From NCBI GenBank assembly GCA_049472355.1, contig JBLIRP010000020.1, positions 1-45,094 on the forward strand: a DNA stretch of 45,094 bases, given 5' to 3'. Every line of letters begins with the position of its first letter. The stretch's first letter is position 1. The position numbers and the translations under genes are program-made. Positions 38,813 through 45,094 of the stretch are shown here, piece after piece. Under the pieces are notes generated by a model. The model saw only the letters and a program-made list of their open reading frames with translations, was not told where the DNA came from and made no database searches. The stretch comes from a bacterium (GTDB taxonomy: Bacteria; SZUA-182; DTGQ01; JAFGSM01).

Positions 38813-40975
38813 CTACAGTCCCCTGCAGAAGACGCGGAAGTCCATGTCGTGGGCAAAGATGGTGTTGGCCTCTTCGAGGGTTTTGAGGAATGTTTCGTCT
38901 ATTGCCCCTGTCTGTACCTGATGTATGAGTTCCTTTGCCCAGGACAGATGCCTGACCGTACGCATCTCCGAATAGCGCACTGCCTGCCCCGTTTGAATCA
39001 GGAACCCCCAGTCGCTGCTTTGGGCAAGAAAGAATTCGCGGGAGGCCTGGTTAAGTGCCCTCCTCTCAATCCCCTCGGCATTACGGCGCTCAGACGCGAT
39101 ATTGATCAATCGATCAAGTATCTTGAACAGATGGCGGTGGATCCAGGTATTGGGCTGGTAGGCCCTGCCCTCCAGCCAGGTGGAAAAATAATCCTCGTTG
39201 CCCCATGAGGAGATCCCCGGCATCAATCGCTGGTGATGGCGATACTGAAAAAGGTATTCCGAAGGGGTTACCGGCCTGACCGTTGCCTGATCGAAGAGCA
39301 TCTTGCGAAAGACCATCTCTATCCAGGATGGCCCCTCCTCCCACCAGTGTCCGAAGAGTTCCCCGTCGTATGCGGAGAAGATGAGCGGGCAGCGGTTATA
39401 CTTCCGGTGAAGGTTGATGGCCTGGAGCCCCCTGAAATAGACAAACTGCCCTGCGTGTTCATTGACGGCCTCCGCGGCCCAGCCGGGATGATAGTACTCC
39501 TTTTCATGCAGGGGGAGCTTTTTCCCGGTGACCCGGTGATATTTCAATCCCGTGTTTCGCCTCACATTGGCGGCCTTGAAATAGTCGGGCAGGTAGTCCC
39601 AGTCCGCCTCATATCCTACATCCTTGTACCACTCCTTGTAGCGCCCGTCACCCGGATACCCGTGGTCCCTGGACCACACCTGGGATTTTGTCTCCTCGTC
39701 GATGCCGAAAACGGCCAAACCGTTCCGGGTGATCACCGGGGCGAAAACATCGAAGAAGGGCCTGGTGTCCGCCTGGCGGATGCCGTGGGTGTTGACCACG
39801 GTCCATTTGATCCCCTGTTCGCTTAAATAGGCGTCAAGTCCCGGGCAAAAGGCATTCTCAGGGAGCCACATCCCCCTGGGCCAGCATCCGAACACCCGCT
39901 GGTATTGACGGATCGCAATCTGTATCTGTGCCCGTATGGCCTCCGGATAGTGCATATAGAAGGGCAGGATCGCATGGGTGGCAGGGCAGGCACATATCTC
40001 GATCTTGCCCATGTTCTGGAAATCACGGAATCCGCGGGTCAGGTCACCTCCGTAGGACTCGAACACCTCCTTTGCCTTGTGGAACCTGGCAAGGGTAATC
40101 TCGAGGGTATGACGAAAGGGCTTGCCTTCAGCGTTGGCATATTCCTTCTCCGCAAAACGGATGACCTCGGCGATATGGCGGCGGTATCGATCCTGGAGGA
40201 GGGGATCCTGGAACATGCTGATCAGCGGCGGCGACAATGAAAGGGTGAGACGAAAGTCTATCCCTTCCCTGTCCAGGGTCCAGAACATGGACAGCAACTG
40301 GCTGTAAACCGCGGTGATGGCCTCAAAGAGCCACTGTTCCTCAAGAGAAACCTCATATTCGGGATGTCGAACGAAGGGGAGGTGGTTGTGGAGCAAAAGC
40401 ACCCAGTATCCATGCTCGGGAGGCTGATTAAGTGCCCTGCCCTCACGCCATAATTTATACTGGTTGAAGCGCCACCGGTTCTCGCTGACCGGAACCTCAA
40501 CGGGATGGTATTCACAGCTTATTTCCGTCCACTCCGCATATTTCTCCTCCTTTTCCGGAAAATCCTTTGGCATGCGGAAGCGATTGGACCGGGCAACCAC
40601 TTCAAAAAAGTTCGTTCCCTTCGCCTTGTAGCCGAGCTCACAAATGTACTCGTGATCCGGGGAAAGCTCTATCCAGTAGTCATTTTTATCGGCGATGTAA
40701 TCGTCGATCTCGAAATGGTGATTGTAGTTGAATCCATTGAAATCGCCCTGACCGTTTATTTGATACACCCGAAGCACCAGGTGGTTGTTGGAAAGGAAGT
40801 CATCCCCGAATGTCTTCCTCAGGTGGTTTTTGGTTCCCTCTCCAACCTCGAAAAGGGTATAGGCGAAACGCGGATCCTTCGGGAGCGCCCAGATATAGGT
40901 CTCATTGTAACAGGTGTCCAGAAATGGCTCTTCTTTGAGGATATCGGGATTGGTCATGGATGATGTTTCAGTCAC
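38813..40975 (-). CDS. GH57 1,4-alpha-glucan branching enzyme with N-terminal DUF4912-like domain
   Basis: LLHNHLPFVRH, GMWLPE, YDGELFGHWWEEG, LAQSSDW; N-terminal ALPKDPRFAY...ARSN. Start 40975 (GTG) or 40957 (ATG). Confidence 0.88.
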   Translation of the reverse strand: MTETSSMTNPDILKEEPFLDTCYNETYIWALPKDPRFAYTLFEVGEGTKNHLRKTFGDDFLSNNHLVLRVYQINGQGDFNGFNYNHHFEIDDYIADKNDYWIELSPDHEYICELGYKAKGTNFFEVVARSNRFRMPKDFPEKEEKYAEWTEISCEYHPVEVPVSENRWRFNQYKLWREGRALNQPPEHGYWVLLLHNHLPFVRHPEYEVSLEEQWLFEAITAVYSQLLSMFWTLDREGIDFRLTLSLSPPLISMFQDPLLQDRYRRHIAEVIRFAEKEYANAEGKPFRHTLEITLARFHKAKEVFESYGGDLTRGFRDFQNMGKIEICACPATHAILPFYMHYPEAIRAQIQIAIRQYQRVFGCWPRGMWLPENAFCPGLDAYLSEQGIKWTVVNTHGIRQADTRPFFDVFAPVITRNGLAVFGIDEETKSQVWSRDHGYPGDGRYKEWYKDVGYEADWDYLPDYFKAANVRRNTGLKYHRVTGKKLPLHEKEYYHPGWAAEAVNEHAGQFVYFRGLQAINLHRKYNRCPLIFSAYDGELFGHWWEEGPSWIEMVFRKMLFDQATVRPVTPSEYLFQYRHHQRLMPGISSWGNEDYFSTWLEGRAYQPNTWIHRHLFKILDRLINIASERRNAEGIERRALNQASREFFLAQSSDWGFLIQTGQAVRYSEMRTVRHLSWAKELIHQVQTGAIDETFLKTLEEANTIFAHDMDFRVFCRGL

Positions 40976-40978
40976 CGG

Positions 40979-42373
40979 CTACGATTTGTTCTTCAATGTA
41001 CGGCCCGGCATTGATTGATAGATGGTCTCGATCTTGTGCACAATCGCTTCCCATGTATACTGTTCCTGGATTTCTTCCCAGCCCCTTTGGGCAATCTCGC
41101 GTCCCTTGTCCCAATCAAACAGTATCCTCTCCACTCCCCAGACCACGGAATTGGGATTGTCGTAGATGAGTATCCCGTTTTCTTCATGCCGAATAAGTCC
41201 GCAGGACCCCGCGTGGGTGGCGACCACCGGCTTCTTGGCACCCCATGAGGCCAATACCTGAAAGGGATTGATGCCCATCCTGCTGGGGACTATCACGATG
41301 TCCGCTGCCTGAAAAAGCTCCTCCAATTCGGTTCCCTCTTTATGACCAATCATCCGGATTGCATGCTCGTAGAGGAGGTAGTGGGCCTTGATGCGTACGG
41401 TCCACTCGAGATCACCACTCCCCACCATGAGGAAACGGACCTGAGGGGTATTTTTCAGTATTGCAGGAATGGCATCGGCAAGGATATCCGGGCCGAACGT
41501 ATAGTCGAACCCGCCCACGAAAAGGACGAGCGGGTCAAGCGGCCACAGATCGTATTTCTTTTTAATCTCTCCCGGATCCATGATCCCTTGGAATCTCCGC
41601 CAATCGAAAGGCTCATTGATGATGGGAAGCTTGTGATCAGGGATGTCGAAACGGTTCATGATCCCTGTCCGCATCCCCTTATCGAAACAGACGATGCTGT
41701 CACTCATCGCAATCAGTTCCTGCTCGGCGGCGCACTGTTGTTCAACGAACTCTCCATCATGCTGGGATGCGGCCTCCTGTTGTTGGAGGGTAAGCACAAA
41801 TCGGCGGTTCAGACCGTTGTGAAGGTTTTTGACTGCCTTGGCCGGTTGCCAGTTATAACAATGGATTACATCAAAGGGGCTCCCTTTTGCCTCGATCCTT
41901 TTGATGCGCTCGAGGATTTTATTGGCAAATACCGTTGCGCCTTTTGCCGGCGACAGGGAATCATCGATTGAAATCCGATGGTAATGGACGCCATCGACGA
42001 TTTCATGAGTGCCGTCACCCTTCCGGCTGCGGGCAAACACGTGGACTTCGTGGCCGCCCTTCGCCAGTTCGGTTGAAAGTCTCGATATGGAGGAGGATGT
42101 CGGCCCATCGGAGACCGCAGGGAGGTGATCCCAGGTGAAGAAGGCGATCCGCTGCTTCTTTTTTACGGCAGACCTGGATTTTTTCCTCTCCGCACCCTTT
42201 TTACGAATGATCTTGAAAGTCCCCGGTAACGGTTCCTCCTTGGCGGGTGATTTTATAAGGGTGAGATGGCTGGTATTCGGTCGGTAGCCCCCCCTTTTCT
42301 TACTTATGGGGAGCTTGTTGTGGACCGGCTCATGAGTTGAGTTGAACCCCTCTCTCGATTCCTCCATACCCAT
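40979..42373 (-). CDS. Glycosyltransferase family 4
   Basis: GHEVHVF, DVIHCYNW, VLFVG, ADIVIVPS, KPVVATHAG, YTWE. Confidence 0.88.
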   Translation of the reverse strand: MGMEESREGFNSTHEPVHNKLPISKKRGGYRPNTSHLTLIKSPAKEEPLPGTFKIIRKKGAERKKSRSAVKKKQRIAFFTWDHLPAVSDGPTSSSISRLSTELAKGGHEVHVFARSRKGDGTHEIVDGVHYHRISIDDSLSPAKGATVFANKILERIKRIEAKGSPFDVIHCYNWQPAKAVKNLHNGLNRRFVLTLQQQEAASQHDGEFVEQQCAAEQELIAMSDSIVCFDKGMRTGIMNRFDIPDHKLPIINEPFDWRRFQGIMDPGEIKKKYDLWPLDPLVLFVGGFDYTFGPDILADAIPAILKNTPQVRFLMVGSGDLEWTVRIKAHYLLYEHAIRMIGHKEGTELEELFQAADIVIVPSRMGINPFQVLASWGAKKPVVATHAGSCGLIRHEENGILIYDNPNSVVWGVERILFDWDKGREIAQRGWEEIQEQYTWEAIVHKIETIYQSMPGRTLKNKS

Positions 42374-42890
42374 GATTTCCTCCGGATGATCTTTAAAATT
42401 AATAAGTTAAGACGAGCAACGCTGCCGCGCTATTCGATTTTCAGAAAATAGCCCCATAATAATGGTACAGATTTAGAATAAAACAACAGGGGGAAAAAAG
42501 CAAATCAATCGTTCCCGATTCAGATTGATTCGCGACCAGTGTGATGAAGGTGAGGCGATAAAATAAGATGGAGCCAGGCGGCCCTTGAAAATCTACAAGG
42601 GGATTCATGGAACCAAGGGTAATTACTCCGCGCATAGAAGAAACGGCCATGGAGAAAAGACGTATAACGGTAGTGATTGCGGGCACAGCGGGTTTTTGGG
42701 GAGGGGGGGGAATGACAGGAATGCGCGGTGAGAATAGTCTGAAAAAAGATGCAGATTCATAGAGGCGAATGAATCATTATGCACTTTTTCGCGAGGAAGG
42801 AGCGGGTTTTATTATATCGATCAAAATAAAATAGTAATGTAAATAGTGTAAAAATATAATTTAAAATAACATAATAAAAATATATTTATA

Positions 42891-42906
42891 TGGCATCAAT
42901 ATTGCT
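42891..42906 (+). promoter_or_regulatory. Sigma54 promoter of the orf + paralog C unit
   Basis: TGGCATCAATATTGCT, near consensus, downstream of a long AT tract. Confidence 0.8.
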
Positions 42907-42960
42907 TATTTGACAATAAGGAATTTATGTTAAAGTTGGTTGCAGTTATAGGGGGGGGAT

Positions 42961-43344
42961 ATGCAGTACAATCCTCATGGACATCCGGTCCGCACGGGGC
43001 GCCTGGGTTTTTGTGCCGCCGGGCACCATCGGTCCAGGTTGAGGATTGTCCTGATCCTCCTGTGCATGCTGACGATCCTCATCATCGTGGATGCAAAGGA
43101 GTATGCGCGATGTGACCACATCCATCCCGATGAGATCCTGGATCTGCGCTTCAGTATTCGTTCCGATGCCGAGATTTCGAAAAATCCCGAATTGCACAAT
43201 GAGTTGCCATCCCATTTCCGTGTCGAGGAATACCAGCCGTCGAGTCTTATTCATGTACCCGTACGGGGATATGTCCCTGTCAAAGAATCCTACGTCTTAA
43301 CCGCCAAGGAAAGACTCTTCTCATTTCATCGCTACAATTCGTGA
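42961..43344 (+). CDS. Hypothetical exported protein (127 aa)
   Basis: G-rich RBS; hydrophobic segment ending VDA|K; first gene after the sigma54 promoter. Confidence 0.6.
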   Translation: MQYNPHGHPVRTGRLGFCAAGHHRSRLRIVLILLCMLTILIIVDAKEYARCDHIHPDEILDLRFSIRSDAEISKNPELHNELPSHFRVEEYQPSSLIHVPVRGYVPVKESYVLTAKERLFSFHRYNS

Positions 43345-43470
43345 ATCATCCCCGGTCATCCTGAAAGGGAATACCTTACCCGCGTGTACCTGTATAGAAG
43401 TGTACGCGTAACTGTATAGATCTCTATAGGTTGTTTACGTATGTCATGTCTGAAGAACAGGGGGAAAAAC

Positions 43471-44265
43471 GTGAGAGCATTACGAATCCTTAAGGAAAAT
43501 CGTGCGCATCTGTGTATTCAAACAAACCATGTGTGTGCATTGCTGTGTATCATCCTGTGCCTTTACGGGAGGGCTGCCTTTGGGCAACTGCCTCCTTATG
43601 TGCCCTATGTGCAGAGCCCGCTGCCTTGGTTGACGAACCTGGCCATAAATCCCTCCGCCCAGGCGGCGGCATATGCACGGTCCTTCTCTCCCTTTGCCTG
43701 GATTAATCCCGCCCTCAGCCTGTATAATCCGTGGACGTCCCTCGGGGGGTATGGGGTGGCTGATCGGCCGTCCTGGTATCCCCAGGCGAGCATCGCCGGC
43801 AGCCTCGTTCCCTTTGCGAATACCCTTGCCGGCCCCTTTGCAAATCCCTTTGTAAGCCCCTTTGCGAATCCATATACTGCTGCCGCATTCTACTATGCCG
43901 CGGCTGTCACTGCTGACGTATCGGGGACCTGGACAGGGGTGTGGACGAGCACCTACCTGGCCGGAGGTGTCACCACCGGTGATCTGAGCATTACCCTTGC
44001 CCAGTCGGGAAGCGCTGTCACCGGTACCGTCGCCTTTTTTCTGAACAAGATTCTGAAATTCGGGGCCGATGTGGCAGGTAGCGTGGACGTGAATACGCTG
44101 TCCCTGACCAGCACGGTCATACCGAGTGCGGGGGGTACGAAGAGCTTTGATGTGACTATTTCGGCGACCGTCACCGACACCAGCATGAAGGGGACCTACA
44201 TCGCCATCAATAATGTTACCGGCAATATTGCCGAAGAGGGGACATTCACCGCAACGAGGCTCTGA
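43471..44265 (+). CDS. Secreted protein, paralog C (close homolog of paralog A)
   Basis: GTG 43471 after GGGGGAAAAAC; AFG|Q; shares YPQA.[VI]AGSL, PFANPYTAAAFYYAAA, DVSGTW, LNKILK and GTF...RL with paralog A. Confidence 0.82.
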   Translation: MRALRILKENRAHLCIQTNHVCALLCIILCLYGRAAFGQLPPYVPYVQSPLPWLTNLAINPSAQAAAYARSFSPFAWINPALSLYNPWTSLGGYGVADRPSWYPQASIAGSLVPFANTLAGPFANPFVSPFANPYTAAAFYYAAAVTADVSGTWTGVWTSTYLAGGVTTGDLSITLAQSGSAVTGTVAFFLNKILKFGADVAGSVDVNTLSLTSTVIPSAGGTKSFDVTISATVTDTSMKGTYIAINNVTGNIAEEGTFTATRL

Positions 44266-44289
44266 TGCCCCGGAAGCGTTTATCGATAT

Positions 44290-44320
44290 ACGGGGGCATA
44301 GAGAATCACTATGCCCCCGT
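44290..44320 (+). terminator. Hairpin after paralog C
   Basis: ACGGGGGCATAG-7 nt-CTATGCCCCCGT followed by a pyrimidine tract. Confidence 0.6.
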
Positions 44321-44543
44321 TACCTCTCTCTTCCTATCGTCATCTTCCGGAAGACCGGAAAGGGATATGCCGCGGCGGTGCACTCCCCGATCAAGGGATA
44401 TCCGTTGAATGCCGCAGCAAGCCCCTTTCTCATGTCGACGAGCCGTTTGCCGGCGTTTATGTGTTTGATTTTTCCCAGGTGTTGATCTATTATTGAGATG
44501 AATCGAGGCATGTAGTAAGCCTTTCATCGCAGGTCTCATATGT

Positions 44544-44619
44544 GCGCCCGTAGCTCAGGGGATAGAGCGCAGCGCTCCGGACGCTGAAGTCGAAGGTTCA
44601 AGTCCTTCCGGGCGTACCA
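44544..44619 (+). tRNA. tRNA-Arg(CCG)
   Basis: Acceptor GCGCCCG/CGGGCGT, D arm GCTC..GAGC, anticodon stem CAGCG/CGCTG with loop CTCCGGA, T loop TTCAAGT, encoded CCA. Confidence 0.96.
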
Positions 44620-45094
44620 TTTCTTGTATCGTACGTCATATCCCACATCTTTTGTAACTCATCGACACCACCTGAACCCGGGTTCCCTGCCCTTTTTGTT
44701 GGGCTGTCCGGGGAGGTTTTTTTGCCCAGGTACTGAATGGGGCATCTGGTGTGCAATCGCGAAGGGGTGAGGTTCATTTTTGATCAATTGATCATTCCGT
44801 TGTGAAGATGGGATTAAGGACATCTTAAGGCGGTCTTCACGCAAAAGATTTGATTTTTGCCCTGATTAGTATTACCAAATTTAAATTCGTAACATTTCTG
44901 TCATGATATATGCATACGCTCGATTGAGAGCAACCGGGACCACATACGCGTTATTCCGGCGATTCCAGCTTGAGATCTGCCTGACGGAGTCAATTGCCGC
45001 CCGAAAGGTATTGGGAGGGGATGATCAGGAAATGCACAGGTGTGAGAAGGGCCTTGCTTGAGCTTACTGCGTGCTTTCGAAGGTTCAATGGAAG

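Noticed and set aside
42560..42810. GGA-rich stretch suggesting a CsrB/Rsm sRNA
   Set aside because: The GGA motifs are not in regular hairpin loops, and no clear promoter/terminator pair bounds them.
44620..45094. Prophage or genomic island integrated at tRNA-Arg
   Set aside because: No integrase or att duplication is visible inside the window, so it cannot be supported.

Overview
GC-rich chromosomal window from a diderm bacterium (it encodes BamD, lipoproteins and a type IV pilin; the lineage looks deltaproteobacteria-like but cannot be assigned from sequence alone). Left to right: (1) a type IV pilin with a sigma54 promoter, preceded by a candidate ~200-nt sRNA. (2) A housekeeping run: mtaB, proS, trpB2, trpB-trpA, a small lipoprotein, bamD, an NTF2-like protein and an Opp/Dpp binding protein plus two ATPases but no permeases. 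(3) A secreted rhodanese with a low-complexity tail. (4) A large protein with a class III nucleotidyl-cyclase-like domain whose base-selecting residues are non-canonical. (5) A ~16-kb nitrogen-assimilation island: an Amt-GAF-histidine kinase ammonium sensor, an NtrC-family regulator, a split glutamate synthase led by a stand-alone Fis HTH, and glnA with a small upstream ORF, divergent from amtB-glnK-nadE across a sigma54/IHF/enhancer control region. (6) Three paralogous secreted proteins (signal peptide + aromatic low-complexity repeats + shared ~110-aa beta-rich domain), each downstream of its own sigma54 promoter. (7) A response regulator, a membrane protein, a glycoside-hydrolase-like lipoprotein, a DUF4912-GH57 fusion with a GT4, and tRNA-Arg(CCG). 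No CRISPR array, transposase or integrase was seen. The best candidates for undescribed biology are the sigma54-driven secreted repeat-protein family, the atypical cyclase, the ammonium-sensor circuit and the pilA-upstream RNA. All family assignments are by motif recognition, not database search.
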